64,000 bases of DNA from Leptolyngbya sp. BL-A-14 (GCA_041937185.1 CP166621.1:2132571-2196570), one strand, 5' to 3'. Numbered from the stretch's first letter, positions 1 to 8,845 are shown. Numbers and translations: made by a program. Notes: a model not told the origin generated them from the sequence alone.

Positions 1-121
1 ACGCATCCTCTACATAAGTCTGCAACGCGTCAATAAAGTCACCGATCGAAAGCTCTGGAAATAGCCTTGAGGCAAGTGCAATCCGTAATGCTACCTCATT
101 GGAAATGGGTTGTTCAGCCAT
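1..121 (-). CDS. 5' part of an unidentified gene downstream of feoA. The visible N-terminus is MAEQPISNEVALRIALASRLFPELSIGDFIDALQTYVEDA and the gene continues beyond the window start
   Basis: Reverse complement of 119-121 is ATG, followed by an open frame to position 1. It does not resemble the FeoB N-terminus (no GxxxxGKT P-loop). Confidence 0.3.
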   Translation of the reverse strand, partial: MAEQPISNEVALRIALASRLFPELSIGDFIDALQTYVEDA

Positions 122-152
122 GACATCTGCTCTTTGATGAAGGATGAGGATA

Positions 153-446
153 TTAACACTCAACAATGCGGACATAGATTGCACCAACCACTGTTTCATC
201 CAGAGTGTGACAATCGTTGCCCACTCGAACAATAAAACGCGGCGATCGTTGTTCTACGGTGATCGATTGACCAAGCGTTATCCCCACCGCTTTCAACCGT
301 TGAGTTGCCGTTTCACCCAACGACTTAATGCGTGTAATGACACCGCATTCGTGCGATCGCATTAACTTTAAGGACGAGCCTTGAACCGAAAATCCGGTTG
401 TCAGCACCGAAGCAGTGCTCTGAGCTTTAAATTCTGCTGTCACCAT
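153..446 (-). CDS. feoA: FeoA-domain small protein (ferrous iron transport protein A-like)
   Basis: 97 aa. The SH3-like FeoA pattern (GVITRIKSLGETATQRLKAVGITLGQSITVEQRSPRFIVRVGNDCHTLDETVVGAIYV) matches the FeoA domain layout. Its position after fdxH is typical of cyanobacterial nif clusters. Confidence 0.55.
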   Translation of the reverse strand: MVTAEFKAQSTASVLTTGFSVQGSSLKLMRSHECGVITRIKSLGETATQRLKAVGITLGQSITVEQRSPRFIVRVGNDCHTLDETVVGAIYVRIVEC

Positions 447-533
447 TGGGTGTCTCCTCCAAGATTAGGACGTGTGAACGGTGTTTTTGTTTGTCGGGAC
501 GTTATATGTAATGTCCCGACAAACATTCAATCT

Positions 534-833
534 CTAAACTAAATAAGCTTCTTGATGGGTGCGAATTGTGCAATCAGAGCGGGGATAGGCAACACAAAGG
601 AGAATAAAGCCTTTAGCGGTTTGCTCTTCGTCAAGAAACACTTGCTCTGATTGATCCAGGTCGCCTTCAACCACTTTGCCCACACAACTGGAACAAGATC
701 CAGACTGGCAGGAGAAGGGTAATTCTAACCCCTGTTCTTCAGCCGCTTCTAGAATGGTGGTCGAGTCTTCGACGGGAAACGTTACGTCGATCGAACGCTT
801 TTTATTGATGAGATGTACTTGATAGGTTGCCAT
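534..833 (-). CDS. fdxH: Heterocyst/nif-type plant-like [2Fe-2S] ferredoxin
   Basis: [12 protein letters not shown]...[19 protein letters not shown]...[22 protein letters not shown], with the C-x4-C-x2-C...C pattern. The ORF track starts at 854; the homologous start MATYQV is at 833 (reverse complement ATG at 831-833). Confidence 0.85.
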   Translation of the reverse strand: MATYQVHLINKKRSIDVTFPVEDSTTILEAAEEQGLELPFSCQSGSCSSCVGKVVEGDLDQSEQVFLDEEQTAKGFILLCVAYPRSDCTIRTHQEAYLV

Positions 834-903
834 AATCATGTCCTCGAAATTCACATTAAGGTGCGTTTTCAGTTATGAATGCTTGATTCAATTCAAAACT
901 CAA

Positions 904-942
904 AACTCTCTAGCTTGTCGGCGCAAAGCGCTACTCAAAACT
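904..942 (+). repeat. Copy 1 of a 39-bp dispersed repeat (ACTCTCTAGCTTGTCGGCGCAAAGCGCTACTCAAAACTC), flanked by ACTCAAA heptamers
   Basis: Near-identical copies lie at 18794-18830 (reverse orientation), 46970-47008 and 60575-60613. This copy lies in the fdxH-hesB spacer. Confidence 0.8.
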
Positions 943-944
943 CT

Positions 945-1310
945 TTAACTGCATGGTGTTGCTGCAGGGGTGCAATCACCCGCTTGGAAGGATTTACCAC
1001 AGCCGCAGGTATCGGTTGCGTTAGGGTTGCTGAACTTGAAGCCGCTTTCCATCAAGCCTTCAAGAAAATCAATCACAACACCTTGCAGCAGCGGCGCACT
1101 TTTGGGATCGATATAAACGCGGACTTTGCCTTGCTGCTCGATCAGGTCGTCTGGTTGAGGAGCGTTGGCAATATCAATGGTGTATTCATAGCCATTGCAG
1201 CCGCCATCACTAACGCCAACTCGGATGCCTTTTTCGAGAGAAGGGTTTGCACTGCCTTGCAAGAAGGCACGGAGGCGAAATTCTGCTTTTTCAGTCAAGG
1301 TAACAGTCAC
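945..1310 (-). CDS. hesB: HesB/IscA-type Fe-S cluster assembly protein
   Basis: 121 aa with the C-terminal CGCGKSF motif typical of the HesB/IscA family. nif-cluster context. Confidence 0.85.
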   Translation of the reverse strand: MTVTLTEKAEFRLRAFLQGSANPSLEKGIRVGVSDGGCNGYEYTIDIANAPQPDDLIEQQGKVRVYIDPKSAPLLQGVVIDFLEGLMESGFKFSNPNATDTCGCGKSFQAGDCTPAATPCS

Positions 1311-1636
1311 GAGGTTTCTCCTGATTGAGTTCTAAGGGTGGATGGAATGTTGGGTGAAACGAAACGATTGCAGCTAATGATGTGGATGGGAGCAGGTCGA
1401 TCGCGCAATGCATTGCTGAGAGCAGTGGAAGGTTCCATTGCTACTGGTCCACGTGCAATTTGGAATGAAAAATACAGCCGCTACAATCAAAAATTTAAGA
1501 CTCCAGGGTGCAAGCACCAGGCTAATGGCTAGAAAAATGCGGCTGATAAAGGTGAAGATATTGCGCTTTTGATCGTTGGTATGAGCACGGCCGATCGATT
1601 GAGTGAACAAGGCAAGCATCAGGGCTAAAAAGGCAA

Positions 1637-2422
1637 TCAACATTGCACTTCCTCCTTGACAACACTCGCCAGTCGCTGGCTTTTCTCACCGCACACGGGG
1701 CAATTGGGATCATGATACGGATGGCGTTTGGCAAACTCAGCGTGGCTCAAATCCATCGTCAGCAGTTGGGATAAGAGTGGTGTTCCCAGCCCTGTGATGA
1801 GTTTGATGGCTTCCAGAGCAGTGAGACACGCTAATGTGCCCGACACTGCACCCAGCACGCCAAAACCGCGCTTATCCCAATCTGGTTTTTCAGGGAAGAT
1901 GCAGGCAAGACAGGGCGTTAACCCTGGAACGATCGTGGTCAGATAGGCTTCCATATCGTTCATCGCCGCTTCTACCATCGGCTTGCCCCAACGGACACAC
2001 GCCGCATTCAGCAAATCCCGCTCAATGAAATTGTGTGCACAGTCTAAAACAACGTCTGCTGCTTGCACCAGCGCATCCACATTCTCAGGCGTGACATACT
2101 CACAGATGGCATCAATTTGCACATCCGGGTTGATTGCCGCCAACGTCTCTTTTGCCTTAAAGACACGCGGTTTGCCGACCCAATCGTGAGTCATCAAAAT
2201 TTGACGATTCATGTCATCCAGGCGCAATTCGCCACCGCGTAGGAGAATTAATTGCCCTACCCCTGCCACTGCCAGATAGAGCGCTGCCGTTGCTCCCAGT
2301 CCACCTACTCCAGTCACCAGTACCGTTGAGTCTTTTAACCGTTGCTGTGATTCTTCACCAAATCCGGGCAGCATGATCTGGCGGCGATAGCGCTCTAATT
2401 CAGTCGGGGTAAGCGTTTGCAC
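1637..2422 (-). CDS. hesA: HesA (ThiF/MoeB-family E1-like adenylyltransferase)
   Basis: 261 aa with the GVGGLG nucleotide-binding motif, YRRQI at the N-terminus and a C-terminal CxxC...CPVCG. Follows nifW as in cyanobacterial nif clusters. Confidence 0.85.
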   Translation of the reverse strand: MQTLTPTELERYRRQIMLPGFGEESQQRLKDSTVLVTGVGGLGATAALYLAVAGVGQLILLRGGELRLDDMNRQILMTHDWVGKPRVFKAKETLAAINPDVQIDAICEYVTPENVDALVQAADVVLDCAHNFIERDLLNAACVRWGKPMVEAAMNDMEAYLTTIVPGLTPCLACIFPEKPDWDKRGFGVLGAVSGTLACLTALEAIKLITGLGTPLLSQLLTMDLSHAEFAKRHPYHDPNCPVCGEKSQRLASVVKEEVQC

Positions 2423-2434
2423 GTTGTTATCTCC

Positions 2435-2752
2435 TTAGTCAGAGCCAATTTCGGATAGCATAACGACACCTTTTGGTTTGTCGTTAAACACCTTGAACAG
2501 CTTCTCGTTTAAGGGCGAAGACGTGGTGAAGGTGTCGTATGCCTGCTGCAAAGCGGTTTTGTAGCGTTCAAGCTTCTCCGGCTCACTCAAGTCTGGCGCT
2601 TCTAAATCAATGGTTTTGATGAAGGACGAGAACTTTTGTAGAATGTGCAGCCGATTCACATTAACGAACTGTGGATCGTAGGGAAGCTTGAAGAATTCAA
2701 AGTATTCTTCTGCATTCACCAGTTGATTGAATTCAGCTAGGGTTCCACTCAT
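2435..2752 (-). CDS. nifW: Nitrogenase-stabilizing/protective protein NifW
   Basis: 105 aa. The N-terminus LAEFNQLVNAEEYFEFFKLPYDPQFVNVNRLHILQKF is a characteristic NifW sequence. Confidence 0.85.
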   Translation of the reverse strand: MSGTLAEFNQLVNAEEYFEFFKLPYDPQFVNVNRLHILQKFSSFIKTIDLEAPDLSEPEKLERYKTALQQAYDTFTTSSPLNEKLFKVFNDKPKGVVMLSEIGSD

Positions 2753-2970
2753 GCGCTTTGCTCCAATTGCTTTAGCTGTTGTTTAAGTTGATCAATCTGT
2801 CGATAGATTTCGTACGTCTCGGTAGCAGCAGCAATCAAGTGCTCATAATCAGTCGGTAGTCCTTCTGCTAGATCATGAAGATCCATCTTCATTTGTCCGG
2901 CTTTGCTATTGAGGCGCTTGATTTGAGTTTTGAGTTCCTCAATACTTGTAATGTCGGTTGTTTGAACCAT
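2749..2970 (-). CDS. Small conserved nif-cluster protein (DUF683/CCE_0567-like)
   Basis: 73 aa, coiled-coil-rich. It overlaps nifW by 4 nt (ATGA) and sits between DUF269 and nifW as in other cyanobacterial nif clusters. Confidence 0.55.
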   Translation of the reverse strand: MVQTTDITSIEELKTQIKRLNSKAGQMKMDLHDLAEGLPTDYEHLIAAATETYEIYRQIDQLKQQLKQLEQSA

Positions 2971-3029
2971 GAAACCTCCTCTTTAGACCTCTGAATTCTT
3001 AGAGAATTCGGAGGTCTTGATCGTAATAA

Positions 3030-3497
3030 CTAGAGTCTGCCGACTTCGGGAAAGCGGTTTGCTAAACCAATGCCCGATTCGATAATTTTTGAGCCTTCTG
3101 TTTCAAGCTTTTCGAGCGAATCAAACCCAAAGCATTGTGCATCACGGAGCGTTTTAGAGACCAACAGCAGGCGACCGGAAAAGATGAGTGCCCAGCCAAA
3201 GCCTTCATGGCTTAAATCAATCACGACCTGGCAGAGAAGTCCGGTTTCTTCTTCAATGAGGTGAGCGATCGCTCGATAGAATGCCAGAATTCGCCCTTTG
3301 GTAATGGGATCAACCTCTCCTTCTACAGAGATTTCGCGCTTCTGAGCTTTGCTAACCACATAGGGTTTAAGCAGGAGTTCATCTGACCAGTTGCGGTAGG
3401 TACCGTAGGGATCGTTGGCACGAATCTGTTGCGTGATTGCTTTCAAGAAGGGGCTGATTGTCGTTGTCGTTGCGGCGGGTACGTTGGTGGTTGTCAT
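3030..3497 (-). CDS. NifX-associated nitrogen fixation protein (DUF269 family)
   Basis: 155 aa. It is translationally coupled to nifX (ATGA overlap at 3494-3497) and occupies the conserved nifX-orf-nifW position. Confidence 0.7.
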   Translation of the reverse strand: MTTTNVPAATTTTISPFLKAITQQIRANDPYGTYRNWSDELLLKPYVVSKAQKREISVEGEVDPITKGRILAFYRAIAHLIEEETGLLCQVVIDLSHEGFGWALIFSGRLLLVSKTLRDAQCFGFDSLEKLETEGSKIIESGIGLANRFPEVGRL

Positions 3498-3922
3498 ACG
3501 GTTACTTCTTCCTTAATATCATCGAATTGATCAAGTTCATCGAGAGCGGGACTGCGTTGGAGAAGGGCTTTCCTGAGCCAGGGTGGAGGATTGCCGTTCA
3601 AGGTTTGCACCAGTTTGGTCAAGACATCGGTAATTTCTTGATCTTCGGACTGGGCTTTGATGGGTGTAATTTTTTGCTTAATCAAGCGGGCAGCTGCACT
3701 ACCGCCAATCGTTGAAACGTAGACGATCGTGCAATCGTGCAGCGCTTCAATCTTGGGTTGTAGCTTATCTTCGTTGCCATCCTCATTAAGGTTTCCATCA
3801 AACCGCAAGGTTTCTACAAATTCATACCTGGTTTGATCAACGTCGTAGACATCAATCTTCTTTGCAGAACCAAAGTGAGCATTGATGTGAATGTTGTCGC
3901 TCGTAGTGAAGGCTATTTTCAT
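3494..3922 (-). CDS. nifX: FeMo-cofactor binding/carrier protein NifX
   Basis: 142 aa. The N-terminus MKIAFTTSDNIHINAHFGSAKKIDVYDVD is the typical NifX/NafY dinitrogenase FeMoco-binding fold start. It follows nifN. Confidence 0.8.
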   Translation of the reverse strand: MKIAFTTSDNIHINAHFGSAKKIDVYDVDQTRYEFVETLRFDGNLNEDGNEDKLQPKIEALHDCTIVYVSTIGGSAAARLIKQKITPIKAQSEDQEITDVLTKLVQTLNGNPPPWLRKALLQRSPALDELDQFDDIKEEVTV

Positions 3923-3949
3923 TGGAATTCCTCCTCATGTTGTCTGTTT

Positions 3950-4016
3950 GTAGGGGCGGGTTTTGGCGTTGTGTTAGCCGTAAAATAAATAACGTATCTA
4001 CCAAACCCGCCCCTAC
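3950..4016. other. Intercistronic hairpin with a 14-bp perfect stem (GTAGGGGCGGGTTT / AAACCCGCCCCTAC) and a ~39-nt loop, between nifN and nifX
   Basis: Inverted repeat read directly at 3950-3963 and 4003-4016. It shares the core CCCGCCCCTACAGG with the hairpin at 7155-7204. Confidence 0.75.
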
Positions 4017-4026
4017 AGGTATCTCT

Positions 4027-5331
4027 CTAATGTTTCGCGTGTGCTTCTTCTTGTTCCAAAAACAAATTGCCCAGATCAAACAACAGTTGCATCATGCCGC
4101 GATAGCCGACGGTGCAGCGTTGACCATTGCCCAGTCGATCGAAGACAGGAAAGCCCATCCGGTAGAGCGGCAGATGGAGCCGACGGGCGATCGTGGCAAC
4201 GTTGGAATTCCCAATCAATAGATCAGATCCAGCCGCCAGTCGCTCAAAGTCTTCTAAATCCCCGATCGTCACCGCTTCCACAGGCAGTTTTTCCAGTAAG
4301 GGCGATTTTGTGGTGGTGACGGCTGCCTGAAGCTCAGCACCCATGCTTTGCAAAAAGTGAGCGGTTGACCAGAGCAAATCGGGTTCCATCGCCAGAGATA
4401 CCTGTTTGCGCCCAAAGAAAAAGTGTGTATCCAACATGGCATCTTGCAGTTGTGCCCTCTGGCGACGGTATTTAGCTGGGACAGGTGTTCCACTCAGGTC
4501 TGCCAGTCCTTCTAAAAAGTCATCGATCGCATCCAGATTGCTCAGGCTAGGAAACACCTCGTAGGGAATGCCAAACTGAGATTCTAGCGCTACCGCTGCA
4601 CTGCGCATACTTTCACCCAGTGCCAGGGTGTAAACAGAACTGCCAATTTCGCGTAGCTCGGCTAGAGTGGTGCCACCACTGGTCACGGTGCTGTAGGAAT
4701 CGTCCAGGTGCCCATCCATTGAAAGTGAAAGGTCGGGAACGGCGATCGCGGTTAATCCAAAGGCAGCCACAATCTCCTTAATTTCCTGTACATCCCCCGG
4801 TGCGAATGCTGGACTAACCAGCAGCGTAATTTGATTGGGACGGGTTTCACCCGATCGAGGCAACTCTTTGACGATGCTTTCAACCGTTGCCGCGAATCCA
4901 TCTTGCAAAGCCCCTTTAAAGTCGGGTGTGGAAACGAACACGATCGGTAAGTCGTGGAGTTCGGGATGACGTTTGCGAATATTTTGCAAAATGCCTGCCA
5001 TATCGTCGCCGCGAGTCTCGGTTAAGCCCGTGGTGCAAAGCCCGATGATAGAAGGTTTCGACTTTTCCACCAGGGTGAGAATGGCTTGTTCCACATTCTC
5101 TTCACCACCCAAAACCGTACTCACTTCGGTCATGGCTGTGGTGGAAAGGGGAATCGCTTCCCGGAAGTGGCGCACCAGCATGACCTTGGCAAAGGCCGTA
5201 CAGCCTTGAGACCCATGGAACAGAGGCATCATGCCCTTTAAGCCCAGAAAGGCTAAGGCTGCACCTAGAGGTTGACTTTGCTTGAGTGGATTGACCGCAA
5301 CAGACTTTCTCGGCGTTGTAATGGTTGCCAT
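4027..5331 (-). CDS. nifN: Nitrogenase FeMo-cofactor biosynthesis scaffold subunit NifN
   Basis: Start chosen at [30 protein letters not shown] (reverse complement ATG 5329-5331), with a GGAGGTGA Shine-Dalgarno immediately upstream. The ATG overlaps the nifE TAA (TAATG). The ORF track begins 16 codons further upstream. Confidence 0.85.
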   Translation of the reverse strand: MATITTPRKSVAVNPLKQSQPLGAALAFLGLKGMMPLFHGSQGCTAFAKVMLVRHFREAIPLSTTAMTEVSTVLGGEENVEQAILTLVEKSKPSIIGLCTTGLTETRGDDMAGILQNIRKRHPELHDLPIVFVSTPDFKGALQDGFAATVESIVKELPRSGETRPNQITLLVSPAFAPGDVQEIKEIVAAFGLTAIAVPDLSLSMDGHLDDSYSTVTSGGTTLAELREIGSSVYTLALGESMRSAAVALESQFGIPYEVFPSLSNLDAIDDFLEGLADLSGTPVPAKYRRQRAQLQDAMLDTHFFFGRKQVSLAMEPDLLWSTAHFLQSMGAELQAAVTTTKSPLLEKLPVEAVTIGDLEDFERLAAGSDLLIGNSNVATIARRLHLPLYRMGFPVFDRLGNGQRCTVGYRGMMQLLFDLGNLFLEQEEAHAKH

Positions 5332-6710
5332 TAGATCACCTCCGTATCCCAAGGGGCAGGTTTGCGAACTTGTGCCCAAACGGGGCTGTAGAGGGCTTCT
5401 TCCAGTTCTCGCGCCATTTCCACCATGCCGACATAGCCTGCGTAGGGATGATGGCGTTCCTGGTTAATATCGAGAAAGGGAATTTTGGCTTTGAGGGCAG
5501 TGTACTGATTGCGTCCACCCGCAATCAACATATCCGCTTTGGTTTGAGCAATCACTCGTAGAAGTTCCTGAGCATTGCCTTTTTCCATCATGATGCCGTC
5601 TTGACCCAGCAATTCTTTGATGCGGGCTTTGTCTTCTTCGGTGCTTTTTTTGGTGCTGGTGGCGCATACTTCCATCCCCAAATCTTTTGCTGCAGAGATG
5701 ACTGACCAGCTTTTCACGCCACCTGTGTAAAGCACCACTCGCTTGCCTTTCAATCTGGCTCGGTAGGGAGCTAACGCCGTGTCTAACTGAACGGTTTCTT
5801 CGGCGATTAATTGCTCGACCCGCTCTTGCAAATTCGCATCCCCGATTTTGGCAGCAATGTTCCGCAGACAGCGGTTCATATCGGCGACACCGTAGAACGA
5901 TTCTTCAACATAGGGAATGCCGTAGCGCTCCTCCATCTTGCGTGCCATGTTGATCAGCGCTTTGGAGCAAATCATCACGTTGAGCTTGGCACGATGGGAG
6001 CAGGCAATATCGTCGTAACGTCCATCACCTGTGATTTGTGCGAGGACGCGAATGCCCAGCTTTTTGAACAGCGGCAAGACGCCCCACAGTTCTCCCGCAA
6101 TGTTGTATTCGCCAATTAAATTGATGTCGTAAGGAGTGGTGATTTCTGGTTCACGACTGCCTACAACATACTCCAGCAAGCTTTCACCACCCACTCGATT
6201 ACCCAGGTTTTTGCTGCCGATAAAACCGGGAGAATTGACAGGAATCACAGGTGTGCCGATTTTCTCTGCTGCTTTCTGGCAAATGGCATCCAGATCATCA
6301 CCAATGAGTGCGGTAACACAGGTGGAATAGACAAAGACGGCTGCCGGATTGTAGCGCTCTTTAACTTCCAGAATTGCCTTGTAGAGCTTTTTTTCACCGC
6401 CAAAGATGACATCATTTTCATTTAAGTCAGTGGTGAAGCCCATTTTGTAAAGCATGGGGCCAGAGGACAAGCTGCCTCGGCTACCCCAGGAATTTCCAGC
6501 ACAGGCGATCGGTCCATGCACTAGATGCGCCGCATCCGTAATCGGCACCAGGGCAATCATCGCGCCATCAAAAGCACAGCCTCCCTGCGCGGCTCCCGGT
6601 TGGGCAACCTGCGTACAGGATTTGTTTTTACCTTTACCTTCTTTCTTGTGATTGTGTTCACAAGCTGACTCGCTCAGAAGTTCGTTGATTTTGCCTTGAG
6701 TGAGTTTCAT
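5331..6710 (-). CDS. nifE: Nitrogenase FeMo-cofactor biosynthesis scaffold subunit NifE
   Basis: Start set at [23 protein letters not shown] (reverse complement ATG 6708-6710). The ORF-track start at 6806 reads through a GGGGAGT repeat tract, giving PYSPLP codons that are almost certainly non-coding. Confidence 0.9.
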   Translation of the reverse strand: MKLTQGKINELLSESACEHNHKKEGKGKNKSCTQVAQPGAAQGGCAFDGAMIALVPITDAAHLVHGPIACAGNSWGSRGSLSSGPMLYKMGFTTDLNENDVIFGGEKKLYKAILEVKERYNPAAVFVYSTCVTALIGDDLDAICQKAAEKIGTPVIPVNSPGFIGSKNLGNRVGGESLLEYVVGSREPEITTPYDINLIGEYNIAGELWGVLPLFKKLGIRVLAQITGDGRYDDIACSHRAKLNVMICSKALINMARKMEERYGIPYVEESFYGVADMNRCLRNIAAKIGDANLQERVEQLIAEETVQLDTALAPYRARLKGKRVVLYTGGVKSWSVISAAKDLGMEVCATSTKKSTEEDKARIKELLGQDGIMMEKGNAQELLRVIAQTKADMLIAGGRNQYTALKAKIPFLDINQERHHPYAGYVGMVEMARELEEALYSPVWAQVRKPAPWDTEVI

Positions 6711-6826
6711 AGGGGGGTGGGAAATGGGGGATGGGGGATGGGAAATGGGGAGTGGGGAGTAGGGAGTGGGGAGTGGGGAGTAGGGGGTTCCTAACTCAAA
6801 ACTCAAAACTCAAAACTTAAAACTCT
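6711..6826. repeat. STRR-like tandem arrays: (GGGGAGT/GGGGATG)n followed by (ACTCAAA)n, in the spacer between nifE and the upstream small orf
   Basis: Direct reading of 6718-6790 (GGGATGGGGGATGGGAAATGGGGAGTGGGGAGTAGGGAGTGGGGAGTGGGGAGTAGGGGG) and 6793-6830 (ACTCAAAACTCAAAACTCAAAACTTAAAACTC). Confidence 0.85.
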
Positions 6827-7132
6827 TCAACAGATGTACTTTTCCACGTCTTCGCCGCAAACATCAGAGAGATAGCTGAGGGCACGAAATCGGAGAAACA
6901 CAAACTCGTTGTAGAAGGGGTTGAGTTCACATAGTGGGGGCGTGTGGAATCCGTAGCCAAAGAGCGTGAACTTGTGCTCGAAGGGGCAGGTACAGGGGAT
7001 GAGTTTGCAAATCAGGTGAGCGAGGCGGGGCGATCGCACATCAATGTGATCGATCCAACGACGAATGGGAGTGAGAAGATCCGTGCGAGAGAGGGCTGAA
7101 GTCGGCTGGTTAGGGGGAGTGAGAGTAGCCAT
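6827..7132 (-). CDS. Conserved small Cys-rich protein between nifK and nifE (possibly Mo-dependent nitrogenase C-terminal domain family)
   Basis: 101 aa with the motif CKLIPCTCPFEH. It sits in the nifK-orf-nifE position seen in other cyanobacteria. The family assignment is from memory and was not verified. Confidence 0.45.
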   Translation of the reverse strand: MATLTPPNQPTSALSRTDLLTPIRRWIDHIDVRSPRLAHLICKLIPCTCPFEHKFTLFGYGFHTPPLCELNPFYNEFVFLRFRALSYLSDVCGEDVEKYIC

Positions 7133-7154
7133 GGCAGGTTTTGGGATGAGGGAA

Positions 7155-7204
7155 GGGCGGGTTTGTTTGGCGATCGGTCAGTATGTAGATCCATCAACCC
7201 GCCC
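7155..7204. other. Intercistronic hairpin with a 9-bp perfect stem (GGGCGGGTT / AACCCGCCC) and a 32-nt loop, between nifK and the small orf. It shares the CCCGCCCCTACAGG core with 3950-4016
   Basis: Inverted repeat read directly at 7155-7163 and 7196-7204. It is followed by CTACAGGAGG, as in the nifN-nifX copy. Confidence 0.7.
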
Positions 7205-7221
7205 CTACAGGAGGGAGTTGG

Positions 7222-8760
7222 TTAGCGAATCAAGTCATAGGAGATGTCGGTCTTCGCTGGGATGATGGTGTTGCGATCGAGTTCATCCAGTAGGGTGTTC
7301 ACGATCCAATTGAGCAGGTTGATGGTGCCCTGGTAGCCGTAGGTGCTGTAGCGGTGCAGGTGATGGCGATCGAAGATGGGATAGCCAATCCGCACGAGTG
7401 GTGTGTGGGTATCACGCCACAGGTACTTACCATAGGAGTTACCAATCAAGAGATCCACAGGCTCGGTGAAGAGGAGCGATCGTAGATGCCAGAGATCCTT
7501 GCCACCCCAGATCGTTGCACCAGCACCAAAGGGACTGGAATCCAGTAGTGCTCGCAGTTCTGTTTCAAACACCTCGTTGCTATTGGTGACAACAATGTGA
7601 ACGGGTTCGGCACCAATTTCTAGCAAGAATTGCACCAGACCAATCACCAGGTCAGGATCGCCATACAGCGCAACGCGCTTGCCGTGCAGCCATGCCTGCG
7701 AATCGGTCAGGGCATCAACAGCACGACCCCGCTCTTCTTCCAGTTCTTTAGGAATGGGCTTACCCGTCAGAGCAGACAGTTTGATGAGGAACTCATCGGT
7801 GCCGCGAATGCCGACTGGGCGGACTACCGAGGTGGGCTGTTTCCAATCCTTCTCGATGTATTCGCGAGTTTTGGTGGTGGAGTATGCCTGGAAGGCGATC
7901 GTGGCTTCTGCGTTGATGGAATCCGCTGCATCTTCCAGGGTGGTGCCACCTTGATACATGTGGTATTCCCCGTCATTGGGTGAATCCAAATAATCGGAGT
8001 TATCAGCTAGCAAGGTGTAATCCACACCCACCAGAGACGCAATCCGCTTGATTTCCCGCAGGTTGCCAATGTAGGTTTCAAAGCCCGGAATGAAGTTGAT
8101 CTTGCCGTTGGTGGTTTCTGCTTTCTGATCTTTAGTCAGGTTTGTCAGAATGCCCTTGATCATATTGTCGTAGCCCGTGATGTGGGAGCCGACAAAGCTG
8201 GGTGTGTGAGCGTAGGGCACTGGAAACTCTTGAGGCACTGACCCGGCTGCTTTTGCGTTGTTGATGAACGCTTGCAGGTCATCCCCAATGACTTCTGCCA
8301 TGCAAGTGGTGCAGATGGCAATCATTTTGGGTTTGTAGAGGTTATAGCTGTTTGCTAAACCATCAATCAAGTTGTTTTGTCCACCAAACACAGCCGCATC
8401 TTCAGTCATGGAAGAGGAGACTGCCGAGAAGGGTTCCTTGAAGTGGCGGGTGAAGTGAGAGCGGAAGTACGCCACACACCCTTGAGAACCATGAACAAAG
8501 GGTAAGGTGCCTTCAAAACCAACCGCTGCTAAGATTGCGCCCAATGGTTGGCAAGCTTTCGCAGGGTTAACGGTCAGTGCTTCACGGGCAAAGTTCTTTT
8601 CCCGGTATTCCCAGGTCTTCGTCCACTCAGCGGTTTGAGCTACTAAATCAGGGTCATGTCCGCCTTCAAATTGTTTCTTGGCAGCAAACAGTTCCTGATA
8701 CTCGTCCTGATGGAATAATTCAGCGTGATCTTTAATGTTATCGATGTTGTTCTGAGCCAT
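7222..8760 (-). CDS. nifK: Nitrogenase MoFe protein beta chain
   Basis: 512 aa. Contains the P-cluster Cys region (...[12 protein letters not shown]...) and conserved NifK motifs. Gene order is nifH-nifD-nifK. Confidence 0.9.
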   Translation of the reverse strand: MAQNNIDNIKDHAELFHQDEYQELFAAKKQFEGGHDPDLVAQTAEWTKTWEYREKNFAREALTVNPAKACQPLGAILAAVGFEGTLPFVHGSQGCVAYFRSHFTRHFKEPFSAVSSSMTEDAAVFGGQNNLIDGLANSYNLYKPKMIAICTTCMAEVIGDDLQAFINNAKAAGSVPQEFPVPYAHTPSFVGSHITGYDNMIKGILTNLTKDQKAETTNGKINFIPGFETYIGNLREIKRIASLVGVDYTLLADNSDYLDSPNDGEYHMYQGGTTLEDAADSINAEATIAFQAYSTTKTREYIEKDWKQPTSVVRPVGIRGTDEFLIKLSALTGKPIPKELEEERGRAVDALTDSQAWLHGKRVALYGDPDLVIGLVQFLLEIGAEPVHIVVTNSNEVFETELRALLDSSPFGAGATIWGGKDLWHLRSLLFTEPVDLLIGNSYGKYLWRDTHTPLVRIGYPIFDRHHLHRYSTYGYQGTINLLNWIVNTLLDELDRNTIIPAKTDISYDLIR

Positions 8761-8784
8761 GATGGGTGTCTCCTATGAGTAATG

Positions 8785-8845
8785 GGGGCGATGGGGAGGC
8801 TAGGGAGGCTGGGGAAGCTAGGGAGGCTAGGGAGGCTAGAGATAA
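8785..8845. repeat. Tandem nonamer array (GGGAGGCTA/GGGAAGCTA)n in the nifD-nifK spacer
   Basis: 8794-8840 reads GGGGAGGCTAGGGAGGCTGGGGAAGCTAGGGAGGCTAGGGAGGCTAGAG. Confidence 0.8.

Noticed and set aside
153-446. Alternative reading of the 97-aa ORF as NifT/other small nif protein
   Set aside because: NifT is already present at 20879-21094 with a clear signature. This ORF matches the FeoA SH3-like pattern better.
6711-6806. N-terminal extension of nifE in the ORF track ([32 protein letters not shown])
   Set aside because: The extension is the translation of the GGGGAGT tandem array. The homologous NifE start ([12 protein letters not shown]) lies downstream at 6710.
6718-6830. Possible CRISPR array (tandem short repeats; the same applies to 8794-8840, 10490-10596, 12571-12748, 14344-14415 and 60541-60566)
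   Set aside because: Repeat units are only 7-9 nt and contiguous, with no 25-40-nt repeats separated by unique spacers, and no cas genes are present. These are STRR-type microsatellites. The 31-bp duplication at 16586-16654 has only two copies with a 7-nt gap.
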